Part shown: positions 28,935-38,169 of the stretch, one piece after another | Numbering within the stretch: the stretch's first letter is position 1 | Layout of the letters: every line of letters starts with the position of its first letter | From: Candidatus Moraniibacteriota bacterium | GTDB taxonomy: Bacteria; Patescibacteriota; Minisyncoccia; Moranbacterales; UBA9337 | Direction: 5' to 3' | DNA: 64,000 bases | Assembly: GCA_038331135.1 (NCBI GenBank) | Contig: JBBQOS010000001.1 | Location: forward strand, 9,140 to 73,139 | Program-made: the position numbers and the translations under genes | Notes under the pieces: generated by a model | Told to the model about the DNA's origin: nothing | Databases searched by the model: none | Seen by the model: only the letters and a program-made list of their open reading frames with translations

Positions 28935-29195
28935 TATCGTCTCCTTGTTTAGTTTGTGAATGTACAATTTTCGAGAAATCCAAAGGATTTCTTCTGAATC
29001 TACCCTACCATGATTTTGTAGTTAACACAAGCCCCGCCCGCATCCATCCCCCAGACCCCTTTCTGCGGGCGGACAAAATGCAAAAAACAAAAGTCAGTCG
29101 AGGTTTTGCGAATCCTTCCCCCAGAAAATAGTTTCGCAAAACTGAGTCCGAATTGCATTTGCACTCCGCCTGTCCGAATATTTTTTCGGGCAGAC
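28935..29195 (-). repeat. structured leader copy 2 (inverted orientation), upstream of ybaK-like gene
   Basis: Reverse complement matches 23590-23852, including identical CCGCCCGC/GCGGGCGGG and AGAAATCC/GGATTTCT hairpins, SD and ATGGAAAC. Diverges in the GGTGGTGG segment. Confidence 0.7.
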
Positions 29196-29472
29196 GGAGT
29201 GCGTATGTGTTCCCCCGCACTTCTGCTTCAGCTGAAGCACCACGCTTCGCGTAGTGGCGCTTCAGCGCGCGGGGGACGCTTTACATTACAGATTTTGAAA
29301 ATAGGTTCTAACTTGGTACAATAAACGCACCTATTACCCCCCCCATGGCAAAAAAACACCATCAATGTGGTGCTTTTTTGTTTATAAAATATTTTATGTC
29401 TTCTGGCGATGCAGAAATATTATCTCAAAAAATTTATCTTTAGCAATAACCCATAAAATATTTTATTATATT

Positions 29473-29820
29473 TTATTTTTCTATTCCAAAAATATCCCTT
29501 ACTTTTGTGCCAATATCTTTTTTGTAAAAAATTTCTCTCTCCTTTGATTTCTCTGTGACACCGTTAAAATTATTCAAATTAAAATCAACTCTCCCATTTT
29601 TTAGTTCTTGCAGATATGCCGCTTTCTGCTCGTTGCTCCAAACCGAAGAATAAATATATTTATAAATTATAACACTACTCATTATGGTTATGACTACAAA
29701 AAATATCATAAACAACAATTCGGAATGACTTAAGAAAAAACCAATAATAGCTTCTTTAATTTTAAAAAAATTAAAATCTTCCCTATTGAATTTAAAAGTT
29801 TTTTTATTTTGTTCCATCAT
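29473..29820 (-). CDS. small membrane protein in pilus assembly cluster, hypothetical
   Basis: Single TM helix. Overlaps the downstream gene. Confidence 0.4.
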   Translation of the reverse strand: MMEQNKKTFKFNREDFNFFKIKEAIIGFFLSHSELLFMIFFVVITIMSSVIIYKYIYSSVWSNEQKAAYLQELKNGRVDFNLNNFNGVTEKSKEREIFYKKDIGTKVRDIFGIEK

Positions 29821-30526
29821 TTTTTTCTAAAGAATAAAATATTACATCTAACTCAGAGCTGATTACTAATTTTTCTTTTTCCTCCACAGTTAAATTGGCT
29901 ACTTCATTATTTCCCGTACTCAAAACACTCATTCCGCCACTAGTATTATTTATATCAGTCTCAGATTTATTTTCTATAGTAATTTTTTTTGATTCAATGT
30001 CAAACGAAACCAAGCTGTTGTAGTATTTTATACTATTTAGCTTATCTACGAAATTAATTAATCCGTTATAATTTCCGATTAATACTATTTTTATTGTAAA
30101 ATAATTCTTTGCTGGCAAAGACTTCAGAAGTTCATTTTCCTTATTATTTGGATTATTTTTGCCCAATTCTAATATTTTTTTATTATTTTCATCTACAGAT
30201 ATCACTATGTCGTTTTCAGTTTTTTGAGCTATCGCCTCCAATTCATTGACCAAACTAACAATATTGTCTTTGTGAAAAATGGTCTCCAGGCTCTGACCAG
30301 TGTTATTTACTTTTTCAAAATTATCTTTTAAAATACTTAGCTTGCCCAACTTATCCTCATTGTCCTGCACATTGATTAATTTCATTTGCACCAAATCATA
30401 GTTATCCTTTAATGTTTTAGTGGAAGGAAAAATTACAAAAATAACAAAGCCCACCCAGATTATAAAAAGAGCTCCAATGATAAGATATATTTTATTTTTT
30501 TTAAGAAAACTATTATTTTTTTTCAT
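29804..30526 (-). CDS. PilO-like pilus assembly protein
   Basis: N-terminal TM plus coiled-coil periplasmic domain. Position follows the pilM-pilN order. Confidence 0.45.
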   Translation of the reverse strand: MKKNNSFLKKNKIYLIIGALFIIWVGFVIFVIFPSTKTLKDNYDLVQMKLINVQDNEDKLGKLSILKDNFEKVNNTGQSLETIFHKDNIVSLVNELEAIAQKTENDIVISVDENNKKILELGKNNPNNKENELLKSLPAKNYFTIKIVLIGNYNGLINFVDKLNSIKYYNSLVSFDIESKKITIENKSETDINNTSGGMSVLSTGNNEVANLTVEEKEKLVISSELDVIFYSLEKNDGTK

Positions 30527-31076
30527 AACTATTTAAACATTTCATATTAACATCAAAATTTAATTCAAATTCAATATTTTCTCTCAAAACTATATTATTT
30601 AAAGGAATGTTTATCCCATCAAAACAATCATCGTTTTCCAGGTCTTCTTTCATTTTTATCAAAAAATCTCTATTTTGAGCGGTGCCCTTTAGTGTCAAAT
30701 TGAGACCATTTCCCTTTATGGACTTTATCAATACCTCTTGCGGTAGTAGCGTTGACAATTTCTCAAACACGGCAATCCAGCCAACGTCAAACCTTTGAAT
30801 TATTTTTATAAGATCAACCCGCAGTCCTGCTTCCCGCAAATACTCTTCATATTTTTTTATTTCAACATTCTCTCCGCTCGATTCTTTTATTGCCAACTGT
30901 TGATTTACTGAACTTAACTGATATTTCGCTATCGCATCCACACCCTTTATTGCAATAAAAAAAAGTAGCGTTATGATAATTATCATAATTTCTTGCAAAA
31001 CTACAAACTTTAATATCTTATTATTTTTTAATTTTTTTTCTTTGCTCTTGGGCAAAAGACTTAATTTTATTTTCAT
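30513..31076 (-). CDS. PilN-like pilus assembly protein
   Basis: N-terminal KLSLLP motif (PilM-binding INLLP-like), then a TM helix. Confidence 0.5.
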   Translation of the reverse strand: MKIKLSLLPKSKEKKLKNNKILKFVVLQEIMIIIITLLFFIAIKGVDAIAKYQLSSVNQQLAIKESSGENVEIKKYEEYLREAGLRVDLIKIIQRFDVGWIAVFEKLSTLLPQEVLIKSIKGNGLNLTLKGTAQNRDFLIKMKEDLENDDCFDGINIPLNNIVLRENIEFELNFDVNMKCLNSYEKK

Positions 31077-31101
31077 AGTAAACTAGTATAAAAAATATTT
31101 T

Positions 31102-32172
31102 TTATTTATTACCCAAAGCCAAACCGATCGCAACTGCGTATTTTATTACATTATCTTTTTTTATTATCGGAATATCTTTGATATTGGGAACTATTCCATC
31201 TCTAACATCTCCCTCCATCACTTCAATTTCTAAATTTTTTGACAAATAAGGAATTAATCCCTTAGCATTGGACATTTTTCCGCAAATAATAATTTTGTCC
31301 ACTGATGAAGAATATCTTAATCCATCTAAATAAAAATCAATAGTTCTTTTTATTTCATTAATTAGACCGTCCAAAACCGGCTTAATCGCCTCAAATAAGG
31401 CATCCTCTTCAAAGAATAATCCTATACCATCTTTTTCTTCTATTTCTTGAGCTTTTTTATCTGAAATATTGAATTTTTTCGCAATTGCCCCAATTACATT
31501 TTTCTCAGAAATAGGAACACTGGAAGCAAAGCAAGGAATATTTTTAATGGCAAAAATAAAACTAGTTTTATTTTTATCTAAATTTATTATTAATACTGTT
31601 TTTAATGGGCTATGTTCGTTTAAAAGACTTCTGGCGATGGCAGTTGTTTCTGATTCAATACCAACCACCTCTAGCCCAAACTCTTCTAAAATTTCAATAT
31701 ATTGATCAATTACTTTTTTGGCTGTAGCTAATACTAAAACTTTAATTTCTCCATTGTTATCATTGTTATCAAAAATGTCTCCCACTAATTGCCAATCATA
31801 GTAAACTTGATCTAGAGAAAGTGGGATATTGGCTTCTATTTCCCATTTTATGGCTTCGTCGATTTCTTTTTCGCTCATAGCGGGCATAGAAATCAGTCTC
31901 AAGAAAGACTTAGATTCAGACAAGGCTAACCTAATTTTTTTTGTTTTTATTTTTTTAGGCTTAATATTTTTTATTAATTTTTCCAAAGTTTTAAAAAATT
32001 CCGCTTTGTCTACGACTTCCCCATCTAAAACGACACCCTTGGGCATACTTACAGATCCATAATTTTTAATCTTTCTATCCTCAATCCTAATTATTCGCAA
32101 AACATCATCCTCGATATTTAATCCAGCAACATCATCTTTAAAATCAATAATTTTTTTACTTAAAAAGCCCAT
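31102..32172 (-). CDS. pilM: type IV pilus assembly protein PilM (actin-like ATPase fold)
   Basis: PilM-like N-terminus and actin/FtsA-fold pattern. Confidence 0.65.
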   Translation of the reverse strand: MGFLSKKIIDFKDDVAGLNIEDDVLRIIRIEDRKIKNYGSVSMPKGVVLDGEVVDKAEFFKTLEKLIKNIKPKKIKTKKIRLALSESKSFLRLISMPAMSEKEIDEAIKWEIEANIPLSLDQVYYDWQLVGDIFDNNDNNGEIKVLVLATAKKVIDQYIEILEEFGLEVVGIESETTAIARSLLNEHSPLKTVLIINLDKNKTSFIFAIKNIPCFASSVPISEKNVIGAIAKKFNISDKKAQEIEEKDGIGLFFEEDALFEAIKPVLDGLINEIKRTIDFYLDGLRYSSSVDKIIICGKMSNAKGLIPYLSKNLEIEVMEGDVRDGIVPNIKDIPIIKKDNVIKYAVAIGLALGNK

Positions 32173-32216
32173 TTTTATTTTTATTTATCCTATTAAATTT
32201 ATCTTTATTTTAAAAA

Positions 32217-33680
32217 TTACAACTCCTCCCAGGAATCTATGGCATAATCCGTTCCGGTTGGAAAATATGGAGGAGGATAATACAGTAAATTATTATCAAA
32301 AATCAGATTTCTGTTGGTGTATCCGGTTCCATTTGTATAAGCAAAACCATATCTTAGTTTAGTCACAATTGAGCCATTGACTGTAATGGTATCCCTGTTA
32401 TAAGATGAGCTGAAGGCATCCCTTCCAACTCTCCCACTTTGAGCTAAGAGAGCTCCGTCAATTCTTAAGTCTTCTTCACTTCCCCTAGTCACTTCGACAT
32501 CTCTTTGCGCTACTAATCCAATAATATCACTACCATTATAATTAGTATAGAGCAAATCATTCTTTATAAAAATATCCCGATCTCCTCCGCCAGATAAATC
32601 AGCGGCTGCTACTGTAACTTTTTTATTATTTATCGCTCCATCTATCCAAACATTGTCTTCAACAAAAATTATTCCATCATTGGGAATCACGTAAGTAGTA
32701 TAGGCTGATCGACTAGTCCAATCGTTAGATGTCGAGTTATAGCCAGTCACGCGATAAACTCGCATAGTTCCATCTGAACGCAAAACTATATGTCTCCCAT
32801 AGTCGGCATTATTAAAATATATACCATTGGCTGAAACTGTTGCCCCATTTGAATTTCCAGGGCAAACGGAACCGACATTGGCGCATCCCGCTTCACTTTT
32901 CATATCCGCCATATCAGAAAGCACACTATTAAAATCTTTAACTGGGGCAGGAAATTCCCTTCCGGCCATAAAAACATCTGGCCGACTAGGCACGGCTGCT
33001 GGAGGAAGCGGATCTACAGGATTATCGTGAGTGTGCACTCCAAATTCATTTCCTCCATTATGATCAGGATCAGCATATTCAGCCACTCCGCTACTAACTA
33101 CATTGTGAGCCACCGCATCAAATCGAATCCCTTCATTGGAATGAATTGGACCATATACATCTGTGCCTGCACCAAAGCGAATATCAGAATCACATAAAAC
33201 TGAATATTCACTCCATGAGGGCTGGCGAAAACGTACCCTAACTATTCTTTCTAAATTTGGATTTTTATAAGTCCAACCAGCCACTTCAACAACAACAATA
33301 GTAGAGTTAGATGCAGGTGGAGTAACTGTAATTCGATAACTACCTACACCATTAAAGTCATCCTCGTAAGGTGTCCCGACGCCATAAGGTGTCCCGACGC
33401 TCCAAAATTGTCTTATCTGTTTTTTGGTCAAACCTGAAACTTGATGAGCTAGATACCAGCGATAAAAATAAACACCCGCTTCTGCAATTTGCAAAGATTG
33501 TTCTTTGGATTCCCGATTGATTCCAAACTGCATATTGCTAACCACTATTCTGAGAGAAGCAGTCAAAAAAATAGACACTATAGTAATTATTATCAAAGTA
33601 TAGGCCAAAATTGATCCGGACCTAACCAAGCTAATATTTTTATTTTTAAAATTGTTCATATTTTTATTCAATGGTATCAT
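32217..33680 (-). CDS. large pilin-like/PilX-like minor pilin with N-terminal TM
   Basis: N-terminal hydrophobic helix, then a Gly/Asn/Thr-rich beta domain. In-frame 18-nt tandem duplication (PYGVGT x2). Confidence 0.5.
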   Translation of the reverse strand: MIPLNKNMNNFKNKNISLVRSGSILAYTLIIITIVSIFLTASLRIVVSNMQFGINRESKEQSLQIAEAGVYFYRWYLAHQVSGLTKKQIRQFWSVGTPYGVGTPYEDDFNGVGSYRITVTPPASNSTIVVVEVAGWTYKNPNLERIVRVRFRQPSWSEYSVLCDSDIRFGAGTDVYGPIHSNEGIRFDAVAHNVVSSGVAEYADPDHNGGNEFGVHTHDNPVDPLPPAAVPSRPDVFMAGREFPAPVKDFNSVLSDMADMKSEAGCANVGSVCPGNSNGATVSANGIYFNNADYGRHIVLRSDGTMRVYRVTGYNSTSNDWTSRSAYTTYVIPNDGIIFVEDNVWIDGAINNKKVTVAAADLSGGGDRDIFIKNDLLYTNYNGSDIIGLVAQRDVEVTRGSEEDLRIDGALLAQSGRVGRDAFSSSYNRDTITVNGSIVTKLRYGFAYTNGTGYTNRNLIFDNNLLYYPPPYFPTGTDYAIDSWEEL

Positions 33681-34302
33681 GCTCGCTTAAATTACGTAGT
33701 GAAGCGTAAGACTCTATGATCAAATCACCTTCTTTTCTATCAATAACCAGATTTATCTCAATCATCCTAACAGTATTTAAACTACTGGAGGGAGTGCCTA
33801 TAGTATTATTTACTCCGTCATAATAATAAAATAATGGTTGTGTCCCGCTATTGACCACATTTTTAATTAAAATTTCAGCTTCACTATCTCCAGCTGGGTA
33901 AGTCAAGGGAAAGCCACTAGGATTACTTTTGCCCACCATCAAGTTTGTTCCGCTTAAATAGTAGTGGACTTTTTCCGACACGCCATCATTATCTATATCG
34001 CTAAAAATTTTTAAATCAAAACTACCCGCGCTTAAAATGGGATAGCTACCGTCGTCACCAGATCCCAACCTTCTTAGAGTATTAACCATTTCACTCGCCC
34101 CCCTATTGGCAGCTATTGAAGCTTCATGGGTATGCATAACTAAATTATAATTTTGCCAAGATTTAATAAAGAGTTGATTTACTCCAATCATAATAATGGA
34201 AAATATTCCAATAGTAATAATTACTTCTGAAAAAGTCATACCTCGTCTAACTAACAGAAGATTTTTTATATATTTTTTAAAAAAATAAAATTTAAACACC
34301 AT
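33664..34302 (-). CDS. type IV pilin-like (pseudopilin) protein
   Basis: Prepilin-type N-terminus RRG-MTFSEVIITIGIFSIIM, with Glu at +5 after the Gly. Confidence 0.65.
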   Translation of the reverse strand: MVFKFYFFKKYIKNLLLVRRGMTFSEVIITIGIFSIIMIGVNQLFIKSWQNYNLVMHTHEASIAANRGASEMVNTLRRLGSGDDGSYPILSAGSFDLKIFSDIDNDGVSEKVHYYLSGTNLMVGKSNPSGFPLTYPAGDSEAEILIKNVVNSGTQPLFYYYDGVNNTIGTPSSSLNTVRMIEINLVIDRKEGDLIIESYASLRNLSEHDTIE

Positions 34303-34316
34303 TTTATAATAAAAAA

Positions 34317-35702
34317 TTAAATTGCCTCTAAGCTTATTTCTTTGGTAGTGAGTTTATCTATAGTGATACTGTCGGTTTTATTTTGATAATTATTAGCTGA
34401 AATTAAAATTTCATAAATCTCTCCATTTTGAAGAGGTGCAACCATTTCTTTGGGAAAATAAACATAGCCATATTTATCGGTAGTTAAAGTAACGTCATAG
34501 CTCAAAGTAGTATTTCTCAGTTGCACCGTTGCATTTGCTATTATCGAACTGGTCGCTAAATCCAGTATTTTTATAAAAGCTGAATCAATATTTTTATCCA
34601 TGAAAACAATATCACTGACAAAATTAGTGCCTGGTACTAAGATAAAAGAACTTGGTATTAAATCATCCCCCAATTCAATTTTGCGAAATTGATGCGTACT
34701 GCTATCTAGATTAAATTTCTCCCAATCTAACGTGTACCGGCCAGCATTAATATCGCTGTCCGAAAATTCCCCATTACTATCAGTAGTAATTGTATCCGTA
34801 TAAGTAAAATTACCTGGAGGAACCGTACCGTCGTCCAACCTTCTGCCACCAACTATATCAAAGGCCACATTGGGCAGATCTTCACCAAATGGATCTTTGG
34901 AAGTAAATATTATATCAGAAAGCAAATCGATAATAACTGTTTTTTCATTTAAAACTCCTGCGATAATATTACTATGTGCATCCTCCGGCAAAAATCCAGC
35001 CGAAAGTGGAGAATAAGTCACGACTGTCTCATAGCCTGTCTTACTCATAGTAATTTTATAATTTTGCACTGCATCAGCTGGCACTCCCTGCAATAAAAGA
35101 CTACCGTTGGTATCTGTGTGGGTGGTATAATTAATGGCTGGAGAAATTTGGTTATTAAAAATATTAACCGAAACATTTGGAACAGGATTGCCGGCATAAT
35201 CGATAGAATTAATAGAAAAAGTTCCTCCCCCAACTCCAGTTTCTACTCCCGGAGGAACAAATCTAGAACTAAGTGTCGCACGCTCGCCCAAACTCTCCCC
35301 CCCCCAATAGACTGTTACTTCAACAATTTTATAATCATTAGAAACATTGTCATTTGGTGACCCTCCAAAAATTCCATCATCTGGATCATCTCTGTAACTA
35401 ATATCGGTAAAGACTCTAAAGGTTTTATCACCTACGGTAACATTTTCGTTTTGATTGATGACTGATCCTGCGGGAATTCCACCTATTATAGCAACATCAT
35501 CATAAGCCAAATTACGCAGCATCTCCATTCTCTCATTGACCAAAGAAACAGCAATAATTTTATTTTTAGAATTTAATATATATTTTGAGCCTACTGCGAA
35601 AACAGAATAAAAAGACAAAGTTGTAACTGAAAAAACAAATATTAAAACTATGGCCTCTATTATAGAAACACCTTTATTAAAATTTTTATTTTTAAATTTC
35701 AT
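34317..35702 (-). CDS. type IV pilin-like protein with large adhesin-like C-terminal domains
   Basis: Prepilin N-terminus KG-VSIIEAIVLIFVF (Glu at +5). The 461-aa body has Ig/carboxypeptidase-regulatory-like beta repeats. Confidence 0.6.
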   Translation of the reverse strand: MKFKNKNFNKGVSIIEAIVLIFVFSVTTLSFYSVFAVGSKYILNSKNKIIAVSLVNERMEMLRNLAYDDVAIIGGIPAGSVINQNENVTVGDKTFRVFTDISYRDDPDDGIFGGSPNDNVSNDYKIVEVTVYWGGESLGERATLSSRFVPPGVETGVGGGTFSINSIDYAGNPVPNVSVNIFNNQISPAINYTTHTDTNGSLLLQGVPADAVQNYKITMSKTGYETVVTYSPLSAGFLPEDAHSNIIAGVLNEKTVIIDLLSDIIFTSKDPFGEDLPNVAFDIVGGRRLDDGTVPPGNFTYTDTITTDSNGEFSDSDINAGRYTLDWEKFNLDSSTHQFRKIELGDDLIPSSFILVPGTNFVSDIVFMDKNIDSAFIKILDLATSSIIANATVQLRNTTLSYDVTLTTDKYGYVYFPKEMVAPLQNGEIYEILISANNYQNKTDSITIDKLTTKEISLEAI

Positions 35703-35802
35703 CCGTTTATCTTAAGAAAAACTATTAATTTAATATTACACCAAAAAACAAAAAACATCAATTAATTACATTGATGTTTTTAAAATTATTTTACTATAAA
35801 AG

Positions 35803-36189
35803 CTAAGCTAATATTTCTTTGATTTTTTGCGATAACTCACTAGGTACAATATGGGTTTTTACAAAAAAAGCCACTATTCCCATTCCCTCTATTTTTTTTC
35901 TAGTTTCTTCATCCACCGAAGCCGAGAGCACCAAAATAGGAATGTTTTTCGTAGACTCTTCTATTTTTAATTTATTAATTATCTCTTCCCCACCCATTGC
36001 CGGCATAACCATATCTATCATTATCAAATCAAATTTTTTTTCAATTGCTTCTCGTAATCCCCATGCACCATTTTTGGCAAAGGTCATATCATAACCGTCT
36101 TGAGATAATTTGCCTCCAAACATATCAATAAAAACATCTTCATCTTCTATCATTAATATTTTTTTGTTATTAGTAGATATTTCATCCAT
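35803..36189 (-). CDS. single-domain response regulator (CheY/PilH-like)
   Basis: ILMIEDEDV...LIMIDMVMPAMGGEE receiver motifs. 128 aa. Confidence 0.8.
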   Translation of the reverse strand: MDEISTNNKKILMIEDEDVFIDMFGGKLSQDGYDMTFAKNGAWGLREAIEKKFDLIMIDMVMPAMGGEEIINKLKIEESTKNIPILVLSASVDEETRKKIEGMGIVAFFVKTHIVPSELSQKIKEILA

Positions 36190-36285
36190 AAGGATACGAT
36201 TAATAAAAAATTATATAATTTTAATTTAACTAATTATACACTTTTTTTCGCCAAAAAGCAAATACACTCAGTAAAAATTAACAGT

Positions 36286-38067
36286 TTATTTAATTTTAAT
36301 ATTCACTTCATTAAGCTGTTTAGTTTCCACTTCACTAGGACTATTCATCATTAAATCATTCCCTCTTCCATCTTTAGGAAAAGCATAAATATCTCGAATC
36401 GAATCCAAATCTAAAAGAGCCATCAATATCCTATCAATACCAGGAGCATTACCACCATGCGGAGGCGCACCATATTGAAAAGCTTCTAATAACGCACCAA
36501 AGCGAGCGGCAACCTGTTCTTTGGTATAGCCCGCAATCTCAAAAGCCTTATACATTATTTCCGGGTTATGATTCCTAATGGCTCCACTGGAGGCTTCAAA
36601 ACCATTCAGCACTAAATCATATTGATACGCTAAAATTTCTAAAGGATTTTTTTCTTCCAAGTCCTGCATTCCCCCTTGTGGCATCGAGAAGGGATTGTGT
36701 TCAAAATCAATTTTTCCCGGTTCAATTTCTGAATAGGAGTACATCGGAAAATCCACAATCCAACACCAAGCGGCTTTTGTATTATCTTTAAGTCCCATTT
36801 TCTGTGCACAAGCATTGCGAACCACGCCCAATGCACCACACACCGTTTTCCAGCTATCTGCTCCGAAAAAAATAATATCGCCAGCTATCGCGCCCACCTC
36901 AGTAATAATTTTTTTTGCCAAATCCTGACCTAAAAATTTAACAATTGGAGATTGCAACTCTCCATCTTCTTTGATAATTATATAGGCCAAACCTTTGGCT
37001 TCTTTGCTTATAGCCAGCTGAGTTAACTCGTCAATTTCTTTTCTGGTAAATTTAGCGCCCCCAGGTACTTTCATAGCATGCACCACGCCCTCATTTTTTA
37101 CTACTCCAGAAAAAACAGAAAAACCGCAATCTCTTACCATTTCAGTAATCGGTTTAATTTCTAAATCAAATCGTAAATCTGGCTTATCACTCCCATATCG
37201 AGTCAATGCCTCTCGCCAAGGGATTTGTCCAAATCTACCATCTTTATTTAAATTAATTATTTTCTTATTCGAAAATTTTTCAGTGAGTTCAATCATCAAC
37301 GGTTCTATAATCGCAAAAATATCTTCTTGTGTTACAAAACTCATTTCCATATCCAGTTGATAAAATTCCCCATAGTGTCTGTCCATACGAGGATCTTCAT
37401 CTCTGAAACAAGGAGCTACTTGAAAATATTTATCTACTCCCCCTACCATCAATAATTGCTTGAACTGTTGAGGTGCTTGAGGAAGAGCATAAAATTTCCC
37501 AGGATGAAGCCTAGATGGAATAAGAAAATCTCTCGCTCCTTCTGGCGAAGAATTAGCTAAAATTGGAGTTTGAATTTCGGTAAATCCGAGCTTATGAAAA
37601 TAATCTCGGATGTATTGAATATATTTATCTTTCAATACTAATATTTTTTGCAGTTCCGGCCTTCTCAAATCAATAAATCGATATTGCAATCGCAAATTTT
37701 CATTGGCTTCTCCGGGCTTTTCTTCGTCAATTTCGAAAGGGGGGGTCTTGGATTTATTTAAAATTTCCAACTCAATTACTCCAACCTCAATTTCTCCTGT
37801 AGTTAATTTGGAATTAAGCATATCCGCTGGTCGTCCCAAAACATTGCCCTTAGCCAAAACCACCCATTCGCTTCTCAATTTATCCGCTTCTTGCCAAGCC
37901 ACCTCGTTAATTGCCGGGTCAAACTTTATTTGGGTTAAGCCATAACGATCCCGTAAATCAATAAAAATTAGTCCGCCATGATCTCTACGACGATGTACCC
38001 AACCAGCCAAAGCTACTACTTGCCCAACATTGGATTTATTTAATTCCCCACAAGTATGTGTTCTCAT
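36286..38067 (-). CDS. aspS: aspartate--tRNA ligase
   Basis: Anticodon-binding OB N-terminus. Class II motifs (FRDEDPRMDRHYGEFYQLD, GGNAPGIDRI). Confidence 0.9.
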   Translation of the reverse strand: MRTHTCGELNKSNVGQVVALAGWVHRRRDHGGLIFIDLRDRYGLTQIKFDPAINEVAWQEADKLRSEWVVLAKGNVLGRPADMLNSKLTTGEIEVGVIELEILNKSKTPPFEIDEEKPGEANENLRLQYRFIDLRRPELQKILVLKDKYIQYIRDYFHKLGFTEIQTPILANSSPEGARDFLIPSRLHPGKFYALPQAPQQFKQLLMVGGVDKYFQVAPCFRDEDPRMDRHYGEFYQLDMEMSFVTQEDIFAIIEPLMIELTEKFSNKKIINLNKDGRFGQIPWREALTRYGSDKPDLRFDLEIKPITEMVRDCGFSVFSGVVKNEGVVHAMKVPGGAKFTRKEIDELTQLAISKEAKGLAYIIIKEDGELQSPIVKFLGQDLAKKIITEVGAIAGDIIFFGADSWKTVCGALGVVRNACAQKMGLKDNTKAAWCWIVDFPMYSYSEIEPGKIDFEHNPFSMPQGGMQDLEEKNPLEILAYQYDLVLNGFEASSGAIRNHNPEIMYKAFEIAGYTKEQVAARFGALLEAFQYGAPPHGGNAPGIDRILMALLDLDSIRDIYAFPKDGRGNDLMMNSPSEVETKQLNEVNIKIK

Positions 38068-38169
38068 ATTGATAATTCCATTGTCCTAAAAACAATTCAT
38101 TTATATAGATTATATTCTAAGATACATTATGCCTCGAATTTCTATTTTTATCAAGAGCCGTAATAAAAA

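Noticed and set aside
23590-29195. Insertion-sequence/composite transposon interpretation of the 270-bp inverted repeats
   Set aside because: No transposase or integrase ORF anywhere in or next to the island. The repeats include RBS and start codons, so they are better explained as duplicated promoter-leader units.
28925-29324. ORFs 28925-29131(+), 29005-29220(-), 29106-29324(+) in the right leader copy
   Set aside because: They mirror the spurious ORFs in the left leader. The region is better explained as structured non-coding RNA.
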